A stretch of 64,000 nt of DNA from Squalus acanthias (lineage: Eukaryota): NCBI GenBank assembly GCA_030390025.1, contig CM059425.1, positions 178,562,001-178,626,000 on the forward strand. The letters are read 5' to 3'. The notes under the pieces were generated by a model. It ran no database searches. It had not been told where the DNA came from and saw nothing but the letters and a program-made list of their open reading frames with translations. Position 1 is the stretch's first letter. Every line of letters starts with the position of its first letter. The translations under genes and the position numbers were made by a program. Of this stretch, positions 24,516 to 38,190 are shown one piece after another.

Positions 24516-25327
24516 TAATAACAGCTGCCCTGTCACTCCTTGCCAATACCCATTCAACCACAAGATTTGCACACATTTATTGCAAGCACAGCGAAAGCGG
24601 TCTATAAAAAATGCTAAATTTGCAGTGTTGAATCTTTATTACTTAGTCGTCTGACAGGGAATTTTGATATTGTAACAATTAAAAGATCATGAACTGGTTA
24701 CTGATTATAAAATTAATATTTTCTTATCGCAATGGACATCAATTTTTGATCTTTATAGTTTCGTATCACAGCAAGAGCCAAGAATCAGGTTATTCATATT
24801 GAATTGAATAATAACTATAAAGCGCCAGCTAGTCAGTCAGATTTATGTTGGTGCAAATCTGATTGTAATGAGTGGGAATAAATATGCATTTAATCCCATA
24901 AATGTTAATTTTCTTAGTGCAGTGAAAGACCAAAGCTTGATCTTTCACTTACTTGATTGGTCAATGGAGCTATTGTTGAGATGTCACACAGCCATCACTG
25001 ATAACTGTGAAGATCAGTACAGCACACAGTCTTTCAGCAATGAAAAGTACTGCTTTCTTCACTGCTGGTGGCAACGCCATTGCTGCTTTCCTTCAGTAGT
25101 AACTATACCCCTGCTCTCTGGTGATAACTGTAGTGTAGTTGGTCACATTCCATTCTACGTTTTGTGGTGGATGGTGATTGATACCAGGAAATATTTAGAG
25201 ATAGGAATGTGAGCTAGCACGTGCCAAAGAATGATGGTAAATGCATAATATAACATAGGCTACTTTCAGCAGAAATACATTCTATATCATTTTACAGTGC
25301 AGTTACTGTGCAGTTATTCACTGACAG

Positions 25328-28300
25328 TCACTATCCTGTCACTTCCTATGTCACTATCCTGTCATTCCCTGTGTCACTGTCATTCCCTATGTCACTATCC
25401 TGTCATTCCCTATATCGCTATCCTGTCATTCACTACATCACTATCCTGTCATTCCCTACATAACTATCCTGTCATTCCCTGTGTCACTATCCTTCATTCC
25501 CTATGTCACTATCCTGTCATTTCCTATATCACTATCCTGTCATTCCCTATATCGCTATCCTGTCATTCCCTACATCATGATCCTGTCATTCCCTGTGTCA
25601 CTATCAAGTCATTCCCTGTGTCATTATCCTGTCATTCCCTGTGTCACTATCCTGTCATTCCCTACATCATTATCCTGTCATTCCCTGTGTCACTATCCTG
25701 TCATTCCCTACATCACTATCCTGTCATTCCCTGTGTCACTGTCATTCCCTATGTCACTATCCTGTCATTCCCTATATCGCTATCCTGTCATTCACTACAT
25801 CACTATCCTGTCATTCCCTACATAACTATCCTGTCATTCCCTGTGTCACTATCCTTCATTCCCTATGTCACTATCCTGTCATTTCCTATATCACTATCCT
25901 GTCATTCCCTATATCGCTATCCTGTCATTCCCTACATCATGATCCTGTCATTCCCTGTGTCACTATCAAGTCATTCCCTGTGTCATTATCCTGTCATTCC
26001 CTGTGTCACTATCCTGTCATTCCCTACATCATTATCCTGTCATTCCCTGCGTCACTATCCTGTCATTCCCTACATCATTATCCTGTCATTCCCTGTGTCA
26101 CTATCCTGTCATTCCCTACATCACTATCCTGTCATTCCCTGTGTCACTATCCTGTCATTCCCTGTGTCACTATCCTGTCATTCCCTGTGTCACTATCCTG
26201 TCATTCCCTACATCATTATCCTGTCATTCCCTGTGTCACTATCCTGTCATTCCCTACATCACTATCCTGTCATTCCCTGTGTCACTATCCTGTCATTCCC
26301 TGTGTCACTATCCTGTCATTCCCTATATCACTATCCTGTCATTCCCTGTGTCACTATCCTGTCATTCCCTGTGTCACTATCCTGTCATTCCCTGTGTCAC
26401 TATCCTGTCATTCCCTGTGTCACAATCCTGTCATTCCCTACATCACTATCCTGTCATTCCCTGTGTCACTATGCTGTCATTTCCTATATCACTATCCTGT
26501 CATTCCCTGTGTCACTATCCTGTCATTCCCTATGTCACTATCCTGTCATTCCCTGTGTCACTATCCTGTCATTCCCTGTGTCACTATCCTGTCATTCCCT
26601 ACATCACTATCCTGTCATTCCCTGTGTCACTATCCTGTCATTCCCTATATCACTATCCTGTCATTCCCTGTGTCACAATCCTGTCATTCCCTACATCACT
26701 ATCCTGTCATTCCCTGTGTCACTATCCTGTCATTCCCTATGTCACTATCCTGTCATTCCCTATATCACTATCCTGTCATTCCCTGTGTCACTATCCTGTC
26801 ATTCCCTGTGTCACTATCCTGTCATTCCCTGTGTCACTATTCTGTCATTCCCTGTGTCACTATCCTGTCATTCCCTGTGTCACTATCCTGTCATTCCCTG
26901 TGTCACTATCCTGTCATTCCCTATGTCACTATCCTGTCATTCCCTGTGTCACTATTCTGTCATTCCCTGTGTCACTATCCTGTCATTCCCTGTGTCACTA
27001 TCCTGTCATTCCCTGTGTCACTATCCTGTCATTCCCTATATCACTATCCTGTCATTCCCTATGTCACTATCCTGTCATTCCCTATATCACTATCCTGTCA
27101 TTCCCTATATCACTATCCTGTCATTCCCTATGTCACTATTCTGTCATTCCCTGTGTCACTATCCTGTCATTCCCTGTGTCACTATCCTGTCATTCCCTAT
27201 ATCACTATCCTGTCATTCCCTATGTCACTATCCTGTTATTCCCTATGTCACTATCCTGTCATTCCCTATATCACTATCCTGTCATTCCCTATATCACTAT
27301 CCTGTCATTCCTTATATCACTATCCTGTCATTCCCTATATCACTATCCTGTTATTCCCTATGTCACTATCCTGTCATTCCCTTTGTCACTACCCTGTCAT
27401 TCCCTATGTCACTATCCTGTCATTCCCTATGTCACTATCCTGTCATTCCCTATATCCTAATCCTGTCATTCCCTATATCACTATCCTGTCATTCCCTATA
27501 TCACTATCCTGTCATTCCCTGTGTCACTATCCTGTCATTCCCTATGTCACTATCCTGTCATTTCCTGTGTCACTATCCTGTCATTCCCTGTGTCACTATC
27601 CTGTCATTCCCTATGTCACTATCCTGTCATTCCCTATCTCACTATCCTGTCATTCCCTGTGTCACTATCCTGTCATTCCCTGTGTCACTATCCTGTCATT
27701 CCCTATATCACTATCCTGTCATTCCCTATATCACTATCCTGTTATTCCCTATGTCACTATCCTGTCATTCCCTGTGTCACTATCCTGTCATTCCCTGTGT
27801 CACTATCCTGTCATTCCCTATGTCACTATCCTGTCATTCCCTATGTCACTATCCTGTCATTCCCTATATCCTAATCCTGTCATTCCCTATATCACTATCC
27901 TGTCATTCCCTGTGTCACTATCCTGTCATTCCCTGTGTCACTATCCTGTCATTCCCTATGTCACTATCCTGTCATTTCCTGTGTCACTATCCTGTCATTC
28001 CCTGTGTCACTATCCTGTCATTCCCTATGTCACTATCCTGTCATTCCCTATGTCACTATCCTGTCATTCCCTGTGTCACTATCCTGTCATTCCCTGTGTC
28101 ACTATCCTGTCATTCCCTATGTCACTATCCTGTCATTCCCTGTGTCACTATCTGTCATTCCCTATATCACTATCCTGTCATTCCCTATGTCACTATCCTG
28201 TCATTCCCTATATCACTATCCTGTCATTCCCTATATCACTATCCTGTCATTCCCTATGTCACTATTCTGTCATTCCCTGTGTCACTATCCTGTCATTCCC

Positions 28301-31300
28301 TGTGTCACTATCCTGTCATTCCCTATGTCACTATCCTGTCATTCCCTGTGTCACTATTCTGTCATTCCCTATATCACTATCCTGTCATTCCCTATGTCAC
28401 TATCCTGTCATTCCCTATATCACTATCCTGTCATTCCCTATATCACTATCCTGTCATTCCCTATGTCACTATTCTGTCATTCCCTGTGTCACTATTCTGT
28501 CATTCCCTGTGTCACTATCCTGTCATTCCCTGTGTCACTATCCTGTCATTCCCTATGTCACTATCCTGTTATTCCCTATGTCACTATCCTGTCATTCCCT
28601 ATATCACTATCCTGTCATTCCCTATATCACTATCCTGTCATTCCCTATATCACTATCCTGTCATTCCCTATATCACTATCCTGTTATTCCCTATGTCACT
28701 ATCCTGTCATTCCCTTTGTCACTATCCTGTCATTCCCTATGTCACTATCCTGTCATTCCCTATGTCACTATCCTGTCATTCCCTATATCCTAATCCTGTC
28801 ATTCCCTATATCACTATCCTGTCATTCCCTATATCACTATCCTGTCATTCCCTGTGTCACTATCCTGTCATTCCCTATGTCACTATCCTGTCATTTCCTG
28901 TGTCACTATCCTGTCATTCCCTGTGTCACTATCCTGTCATTCCCTATGTCACTATCCTGTCATTCCCTATGTCACTATCCTGTCATTCCCTGTGTCACTA
29001 TCCTGTCATTCCCTGTGTCACTATCCTGTCATTCCCTATATCACTATCCTGTCATTCCCTATATCACTATCCTGTTATTCCCTATGTCACTATCCTGTCA
29101 TTCCCTGTGTCACTATCCTGTCATTCCCTGTGTCACTATCCTGTCATTCCCTGTGTCACTATCCTGTCATTCCCTATGTCACTATCCTGTCATTCCCTAT
29201 GTCACTATCCTGTCATTCCCTATATCACTATCCTGTCATTCCCTATATCACTATCCTGTCATTCCCTGTGTCACTATCCTGTCATTCCCTGTGTCACTAT
29301 CCTGTCATTCCCTATGTCACTATCCTGTCATTCCTGTGTCACTATCCTGTCATTCCCTGTGTCACTATCCTGTCATTCCCTATGTCACTATCCTGTCATT
29401 CCCTATGTCACTATCCTGTCATTCCCTGTGTCACTATCCTGTCATTCCCTGTGTCACTATCCTGTCATTCCCTATGTCACTATCCTGTCATTCCCTATGT
29501 CACTATCCTGTCATTCCCTGTGTCACTATCCTGTCATTCCCTGTGTCACTATCCTGTCATTCCCTGTGTCACTATCCTGTCATTCCCTATGTCACTATCC
29601 TGTCATTCCCTATGTCACTATCCTGTCATTCCCTATATCCTAATCCTGTCATTCCCTATATCACTATCCTGTCATTCCCTGTGTCACTATCCTGTCATTC
29701 CCTGTGTCACTATCCTGTCATTCCCTATGTCACTATCCTGTCATTTCCTGTGTCACTATCCTGTCATTCCCTGTGTCACTATCCTGTCATTCCCTATGTC
29801 ACTATCCTGTCATTCCCTATGTCACTATCCTGTCATTCCCTGTGTCACTATCCTGTCATTCCCTGTGTCACTATCCTGTCATTCCCTATGTCACTATCCT
29901 GTCATTCCCTATGTCACTATCCTGTCATTCCCTGTGTCACTATCCTGTCATTCCCTGTGTCACTATCCTGTCATTCCCTATGTCACTATCCTGTCATTCC
30001 CTATGTCACTATCCTGTCATTCCCTATATCACTATCCTGTCATTCCCTATATCACTATCCTGTCATTCCCTGTGTCACTATCCTGTCATTCCCTGTGTCA
30101 CTATCCTGTCATTCCCTGTGTCACTATCCTGTCATTCCCTATGTCACTATCCTGTCATTCCCTATATCACTATCCTGTCATTCTTTGTGTCACTATCCTG
30201 TCATTCCCTGTGTCACTATCCTGTCATTCCCTGTGTCACTATCCTGTCATTCCCTTTGTCACTATCCTGTCATTCCCTATGTTACTATCCTGTCATTCCC
30301 TATATCACTATCCTGTCATTCCCTGTATCACTATCCTGTCATTCCCTATGTCACCATCCTGTAATTCCCTATATCACTTTCCTGTCATTTCCTGTGTCAC
30401 TATCCTGTCATTCCCTGTGTCACTATCCTGTCATTCCCTATATCACTATCCTGTCATTCCCTGTGTCACTATCCTGTCATTCCCTATATCACTATCCTGT
30501 CATGCCCTATGTCACTATCCTGTCATTCCCTGTGTCACTATCCTGTCATTCCCTGTGTCACTATCCTGTCATTCCCTATGTCACTATTCTGTCATTCCCT
30601 GTGTCACTATCCTGTCATTCCCTGTGTCACTATCCTGTCATTCCCTATGTCACTATCCTGTCATTCCCTGTGTCACTATCCTGTCATTCCCTGTGTCACT
30701 ATCCTGTCATTCCCTGTGTCACTATCCTGTCATTCCCTACATCATTATCCTGTCATTCCTTATGTCACTATCCTGTCATTCCCTATATCACTATCCTGTC
30801 ATTCTTTGTGTCACTATCCTGTCATTCCCTGTGTCACTATCCTGTCATTCCCTGTGTCACTATCCTGTCATTCCCTTTGTCACTATCCTGTCATTCCCTA
30901 TGTTACTATCCTGTCATTCCCTATATCACTATCCTGTCATTCCCTGTATCACTATCCTGTCATTCCCTATGTCACTATCCTGTCATTCCCTATATCACTA
31001 TCCTGTCATTCCCTGTGTCACTATCCTGTCATTCCCTGTGTCACTATCCTGTCATTCCCTGTGTCACTATCCTGTCATTCCCTGTGTCACTATCCTGTCA
31101 TTCCCTATGTCACTATCCTGTCATTCCCTGTGTCACTATTCTGTCATTCCCTGTGTCACTATCCTGTCATTCCCTGTGTCACTATCCTGTCATTCCCTGT
31201 GTCACTATCCTGTCATTCCCTATGTCACTATCCTGTCATTCCCTGTGTCACTATCCTGTCATTCCCTATATCACTATCCTGTCATTCCCTATGTCACTAT

Positions 31301-31740
31301 CCTGTCATTCCCTATATCACTATCCTGTCATTCCCTATATCACTATCCTGTTATTCCCTATGTCACTATCCTGTCATTCCCTGTGTCACTATCCTGTCAT
31401 TCCCTGTGTCACTATCCTGTCATTCCCTGTGTCACTATCCTGTCATTCCCTATGTCACTATCCTGTCATTCCCTATGTCACTATCCTGTCATTCCCTATA
31501 TCCTAATCCTGTCATTCCCTATATCACTATCCTGTCATTCCCTATATCACTATCCTGTCATTCCCTATGTCACTATCCTGTCATTCCCTATGTCACTATT
31601 CTGTCATTCCCTGTGTCACTATCCTGTCATTCCCTGTGTCACTATCCTGTCATTCCCTGTGTCACTATCCTGTCATTCCCTATGTCACTATCCTGTCATT
31701 CCCTATATCACTATCCTGTCATTCCCTATATCACTATCCT
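25328..31740. repeat. 23-bp satellite array, left part (consensus TCACTATCCTGTCATTCCCTRTR, about 280 units)
   Basis: Continuous tandem units; variation mainly TGTG/TATG/TATA/TACA. Confidence 0.98.
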
Positions 31741-32849
31741 ACATAAGAACATAAGAAATAGGAGCAGGAGTAGGCCAATTGGCCCATCGAGCCTGCTCCG
31801 CCATCCAATAAGATCATGGCTGATCTGATCCTAACCGCCAATCTACTATCACAGAACCATCTCCTGAACCTAACAGAATTGGACACACGAAATAGGAGCA
31901 GGATCAGGCTACCCGGCCCCTGGGCCCGCTACGCTACCCACAGGGCCATGACCGATCCGAACCTAGACTCATGTCCAAATTCCTGCCCGCTCCCCGTAAC
32001 ACTTAATTCCCTTTACTTCTAGGAAACTGTCTATTTCTGTTTTAAATTTATGTAATGATGTAGCTTCTAGAGCTTTTTGGGGCAGCATATTCCATGGACC
32101 TTCCACCCTCTGAGTGAAGTAGTTCCTTCTCATCTCAGTTTTGAAAGAGCAGCCCCTTATTCTAAGACTATGCCCCCTAGTTCTAGTTTCACCCATCATC
32201 GGGAACATCCTCCCCGCATCCACCCGATCCAACCCCTTCACAATCTTATATGTTTCAATAAGATCGCCTCTCATTCTTCTGAACTCCAATGAGTAGAGTC
32301 CCAATCTACTCAACCTCTCCTCGTATGTCCATCCCCTCATCCCCGGGATTAACCGAGTGAACCTTCTTTGTACTGACTCGAGAGCAAGTATGTCTTTTCT
32401 TAAGTATGGACACCAAAATTGTATGCAGTATTCCAGGTGCAGTCTCACCAATACCTTGTACAACTGAAGCAATACCTCCCTATTTTTATAATCTATCCCC
32501 CTAGCAATGAAAGCCAACATTCCATTGGCCTTCTTAATCACTTGCTGCACCTGCATACTAACCTTCTGAGTTTCGTGCACCAGGACCCCCAGATCCCTTT
32601 GTACTTCAGTACTTTCCAGTTTCTTGCCATTTAGATAATAACTTGCTCTACTATTTTACCTGCCAAAGTGCATAACCTCACACTTTCCAGTATTGTATTC
32701 CATCTGCCAAATCTCTGCCCACTTACTTAGCCTGTCTATGTCCCCTTGCAGAATTTTTATGTCCTCCTCATTCACTACTGTCCCTCCCATCTTAGTATCA
32801 TCTGCAAACTTTGATATGTTACACTCGGTCCCCTCCTCCAAATCGTTAA
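31741..32849 (-). mobile_element. CR1 LINE 3' fragment inserted in the satellite
   Basis: ISKFADDTK and 203-aa ORF 31969-32580; tail TTCTTATGTTCTTATGT; flanking TATCCT (31735-31740 and 32850-32855). Confidence 0.95.
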
Positions 32850-33735
32850 TATCCTGTCATTCCTTACGTCACTATCCTGTCATTCCCTGTGTCACTATCC
32901 TGTCATTCCCTGTGTAACTATCCTGTCATTCCGTGTCACTATCCTGTCATTCCCTGTGTCACTATCCTGTCATTCCCTATGTCACTATCCTGTCATTCCC
33001 TGTGTCACTATCCTGTCATTGCCTATGTCACTATCCTGTCATTCCCTGTGTCACTATCCTATCATTCCCGATGTCACTATCCTGTCATTCCCTGTGTCAC
33101 TATCCTGTCATTCCCTATATCACTATCCTGTCATTCCCTGTGTCACTATCCTGTCATTCCCTATATCACTATCCTGTCATTCCCTATGTCACTATCCTGT
33201 CATTCCCTATATCACTATCCTGTCATTCCCTATATCACTATCCTGTCATTCCCTATGTCACTATCCTGTCATTCCCTATATCACTATCCTGTCATTCCCT
33301 ATATCACTATCCTGTCATTCCCTATATCACTATCCTGTCATTCCCTATATCACTATCCTGTCATTCCCTATGTCACTATCCTGTCATTCCCTATATCACT
33401 ATCCTGTCATTCCCTATATCACTATCCTGTCATTCCCTATGTCACTATCCTGTCATTCCCTGTGTCACTATCCTGTCATTCCCTGTGTCACTATCCTGTC
33501 ATTCCCTATATCACTATCCTGTCATTCCCTATATCACTATCCTGTCATTCCCTGTGTCACTATCCTGTCATTCCCTGTGTCACTATCCTGTCATTCCCGA
33601 TATCACTATCCTGTCATTCCCTATGTCACTCTCCTGTCATTCCCTATATCACTATCATGTCATTCCCTATGTCACTGTCATTCCCTATGTCACTATCCTG
33701 TCATTTATTGATGGTCCATATCCTGTCATTCATTA
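32850..33735. repeat. 23-bp satellite array, right part (about 38 units)
   Basis: Same unit, resuming after the CR1. Confidence 0.97.
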
Positions 33736-34084
33736 TATCACTATTGTGTTATTAACTGATGGTCACAACCTGGTTAACCATTGAATGTTGCACTTCTCTT
33801 CTGGACTAGAATCATGGCTTCACATCCAGACTATTTACATTAATGGTTCAGCATCATTTACATTTATAGCTATCTGCTATTTCTATGTATAACTGTATTA
33901 TCTGGGGATTACTAAATACCTGCATTTGTGAGTCTGTAATATTGTATGATTGTAAGACTGTAGTGAGTTTCTAATGTTGCTGTTTTGTCCATGCTAACCA
34001 TGTGACACTATGGACCAATCATATCACTTAGCTCATGCTAACCATATGATACCACAGAACAAAACAGTTGCTGGTTAAAAAATT

Positions 34085-34178
34085 TACTTCACCTGAGGAA
34101 GGAGCAAATCGATAGCTCCGAAAGCTTGTGATTTCAAATAAAACTGTTGGACTATAACCTGGTGTTGTGCGACCTCTA
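34085..34178 (+). mobile_element. Solo Penelope-like pLTR fragment
   Basis: Hammerhead followed by AATAAA (34137) and CTGTTGGACTATAACCTGGTGTTGTGCGAC, overlapping the 13069-13125 family. Confidence 0.65.
34089..34131 (+). ncRNA. Minimal type I hammerhead ribozyme motif, intact
   Basis: TCAC-CTGAGGA-A-GGAGC(AAATCGATA)GCTCC-GAAA-GCTT-GTGA: perfect stems I and II, palindromic AAGCTT stem III, predicted cleavage after 34127. Confidence 0.8.
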
Positions 34179-34764
34179 AAAAATTTAAACCAGTTTTTGG
34201 TTGCCATGATAGTTCCCAGTTTCCCCTTTGTCAGTCCTTTAGTCCTGGCTAAGACAGGCACAGCCAGACCCCTCCTCTCCAAATCCCGGCTCAGTGCTTC
34301 TGGTATGGCTTCACCATCTTCTTCCCACCATAGCCTTAATCAAGTGTTCCAGACCCAGCTCTTTCCTTTTTCGCCAGGCCAGCCCTGAGTGCTCCAGTTC
34401 TAGTTTTTCCTTTCCCTCCCACTGAGTCCTATTGCAAGTACTCCCATCGCCTTCTTTTGCACCTGCCACCAGAGAAAGTAGGCAGCATGGAGTTTGCTAA
34501 TGAGCTGATAGTTCCACTTCTCTGGGCTCCCATGCATTGATTCTTATTAGAAGCTTTAAATGGAAACCAACTATCTGATGATTGACTCAATGAGGCCTGT
34601 CTCAAGAAAAGTATCAAGTGTTGTAAGGGGGATTCGATACTGAAGATTAATATCATCTATGGGAAGAATAGATCTTCCCCATGGGTTTAATGGTTCTGAT
34701 TTTGTCATGATTTTGCATAGAATAGTGTGTAGAATATTGAGTTTGTTAATCATTAAATGATAGG

Positions 34765-36290
34765 CTCATAGAATGATACAGCACTGAAGGAGGCCATTCG
34801 GCCCAACATGCCTGTGCTGGCTCTTTGGTAGAGCTATCCAATTAGTCCCACTCTCCTGCTCTTTCCCCATAGCTCTGTAATTTTTTTCCTTTCTAGTATT
34901 TATCCAATTCCCTTTTGAAAGTTAATGTTGAATCTGCTTCCACCACCCTTTCAGGCAGTGCATTACAGATAACGACAACACACTGCTTAAAAAAATGATT
35001 CCTCATGTCGCCTCTGGTTCCTTTGCCAATCATCTTAAATTTGTGTCCTCTGGTTACCAACCCTTCTGCCACTGGAAACAGTTTCTCCTTATTTACTCTA
35101 TCAAAACTGAACATTTCTATCAAATCTCCTCTCTTAACCTTCTCTGCTCTAAGGAGAACAACCTCAGCTTCTCCGGTCTCTTCACATAACTGAAGTCCCT
35201 CACCCCTGGTACCATTCTAATAAATCTCTTCTGCACCCTCTCGAAGGCCTAGACATCCTTCCTAAAGTGTGGTGCCCAGAATTGAACACAATACTCCAAA
35301 TGGGGCCTATTCAGTGTTTTATAATGGTTTTACATAACTTCCTTGCTTTTGTACTCTCGCCTCTAGTAATAAAGCCAAGGATCCATATGCTTTTTTAACA
35401 GCTTTCTCAACTTGTCCTGCCACCATCAAAGATTTGTGTACATACACCCGCAGGTCTCTCTGTTCCTGCACCCCCTTTAAAATAGTACAATTTAGTTTAT
35501 ATTTCTTCATCTCATTCTTCCTACCAAAATTCAACACTTCACACTTCCTGCGTTAAATTTTATCTGCCATGTGTCTGCCCATTTCACCAGTCTGTCTATG
35601 TCCTCCTGAAGTCTGTTACTATCCTCCTCACTGTTTACTACATTTCTGAGTTTCATGTCATCTGCAAACTTTGAAATTATGCCCTGTATCCCCAAATTCA
35701 GGTCTAAAAGAGCAGTGGTACCAACCCCTGGGGAACTCCACTGTATACGTCTGAAAAACAACCATTCATCACTACTCTCTGCTTTCTGTCTCTTAACCAA
35801 TTTCATATTCACATTACCACTGTTCCTTTAATCCCATGGGCTTTAATTTTGCTAACATAAGAACATAAGAAATAGGAGCAGGAGTAGACCATACGGCCCA
35901 TCGAGCCTGCTCCGCCATTCAATAAGATCATGGCTGAACTTTTACATCAGCTCTACTTTCCCGCCCTAGACCATATCCCTCATTTCTCTTAGTGCCCAAA
36001 AATCTATCGATCTCAGTCTTGAATATTCTCATCGACTGAGCACCACATCCCTCTTGGGTAGAGAATTCCAAAGATTCAGAACCCTCTGAGTGAAGAAATT
36101 CCTCCTCATCTCAGTCCTAAAAGCCCCTTATCCTGAGCCTATGGTCCTAGTTCTAGACTCTCCAGCCAGGGGAAACAGCCTCTCAGCATCTACCCTGCCA
36201 ACCCTCTAACAAGTCTATTATGTTATACTTTGTCAGACGCCTTTTGCACAATATCAACCACACTATCTTCATCAACTCTCCCCCTTACTT
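34765..36290 (-). mobile_element. Decayed CR1 LINE fragment with nested younger CR1
   Basis: Minus ORFs IISKFADDMKL, EQRDLRVYVHKSL, TRGHKFK; 3' end GGCCGAATGGCCTCCTTC.GTGCTGTA. Confidence 0.88.
35858..36205 (-). mobile_element. CR1 3' end nested in older CR1
   Basis: Tail TAAGAACATAAGAAATAGGAGCAGGAGTAG; flanked by CTAACA on both sides; host sequence resumes after it. Confidence 0.88.
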
Positions 36291-37389
36291 CTTCAAAGAA
36301 CTAATGTGATAGTCTAAGTACAATATTAAATAATGAATTGTTAAATACTGAAGCACAATTTTACAATGAAGAAAAATGGAAAGAATAATTGTACGAAGTA
36401 CAAGTGGTAGACTTAAGTAACTGTGACACGAGTGATATTTATTTATCTATTTACCTATCCATTTTTCTAACACTGGAATGCAATAGGCAATACATTTCTT
36501 TCTTTATCTACCTGAAATGGGGGAGAAGCACACTATTTGTTTATGTACTCAATTGATTTAATTTTATTTTAACTGAGAGCAACATCACAGGAGATCCATT
36601 TGTTTACATTAAAAGCTCCATGTTATTTACATAAGTAACTATTATTTACACTAATAAGCGTTCACCATTTACATGAACTACTTTCCATCATTTACATTTG
36701 CAACTGTATCATTTACATTAATAAATTCATGTTTTTTGGCATTAATAATCCTGCTGTTAATGAGCAGGAAATTCGCATCAGATACAAATGAGCAGCTGTG
36801 GTGAAAGTGGGGCTTCAACTGCAGTAATTCGGGGGGTTGGCTCTTTAGAAATCTAAGATTTAAGAGATTTTGGCAGCCAGTCTTCTAATAGAAGCTTTTT
36901 TCTTTTAGCACGACACCATCTGTGTTTGTTTTGTCTGATGTTTCACTCACAATATTCTGAGCCACTTCAGAGACTGAGATTCAAAGCTGGTTTTTATTCT
37001 TTTGAAGATGGCAGTCTGGCCCTGAGTGAAATGAAATTTGCCACTGTTCTAGGGTATATGCTGTGTGTCTGAGGACAAATGGTACTGCAGTCCTCAAAGG
37101 AAAGAAAAGGAGCCCCCTTTAAAATATAAATCTTCAGAGCAGAAATTTGAAATCCAGCAAATGAATAAGAATATTATTTCCTTATTTTTTCATCTCCTGA
37201 TGTTGCTGATTGTTGCTGGGGTAGAGTTCCATTACCTCACCTGTCTGAGTGGCTCTGTTGTTACACTGGCTGAGATGAAAATATAATTTGCAGGTCATTT
37301 TATGTACAAGGGACAAGACAACACTCTTTCAAAGTTCAAGTGTTGATGGAATTGCCAAATTACTTTTGCCACCTTTATATTACAGGGTT

Positions 37390-37404
37390 GTCTCCTATGG
37401 CAAC
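37390..37404. promoter_or_regulatory. Candidate RFX X-box
   Basis: GTCTCCTATGGCAAC (reverse complement GTTGCCATAGGAGAC) in apparently unique sequence; motif match only. Confidence 0.3.
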
Positions 37405-37879
37405 AGCACAACTGATGGCTACCCTGCAGTATAAGTAGTCTGATGTTCCGTGTCGAAGGCAGCAGAATTGTTCTGCCACATGGTTTACCTTCCTACCTGA
37501 GTGAAAGTGCAATTGGTGGCAGCAATAAATATTTTGAGCTGATGCCATTTGCTAATTTACATCCAGCTACAATTTTAGTATCACTGACCTGTACAGGCTT
37601 TCCCCCTGACAACAGGGAAGGTTCTGTGGCCAGAACGAGAAAGTGACAAATGCTGCTTTGCACTAACTGTGCAGCAAAGTTGTGTTTGCTACTTCAGAGA
37701 AACTGCGCACATGCAGGTTTAGTGTCTGTGCAGTTCTACATTGTTGCTGAATCCACCTTGCAGTATAAACAGGGCACGTTCAGCAAAATGGAAACTGGCA
37801 CGATTACTGAGCCGCTACCGAAAAAGGACATTTTGTTCACTTTTGGTCCTTTGTTATTAACAATCCTAATGAGCCTCTT

Positions 37880-38190
37880 TAATAGCTGACTTGGTAAATG
37901 CATCACCCAGTGTGGTACTGAGCCAACAGGCCAGGAAAGTCCCAGATTCGATCCTCAGTCTGTGCTGAGTGAGTTGATCTCTCGCAGGCAGCATTTAGGG
38001 CACTACAAGTGGCTTCAGCACATTTGGAATAGAAAGGAGAAAGATAAGGCTGGGTTTGCTCTCCTGAGTGCTGCATAGTGCGTGCGTGAGAAAAGAATCG
38101 GGCCTGGCTGCCCTCATTGAATATTCTGCCAATACTCCCTGGTGTAAATTTTCATCTTCACCACATGGGTGGTGATCTGGCAAAGCAAAT
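37880..38190 (+). mobile_element. SINE family B with tRNA-like head
   Basis: A-box-like TAGCTGACTTGG and B-box-like GATTCGATCC, followed by family B body. Confidence 0.7.

Noticed and set aside
25328..33735. CRISPR-like array
   Set aside because: Units are contiguous with no unique spacers, there are no cas genes, and the context is eukaryotic. The same applies to the 38-bp repeat at 38589.
25297..33784. Very long ORFs (up to 1448 aa) of SLSCHSLCHYPVIPCVTILSFP repeats
   Set aside because: Consequence of a stop-free 23-bp unit read in all three frames; indels switch frames freely, so there is no sign of coding constraint.
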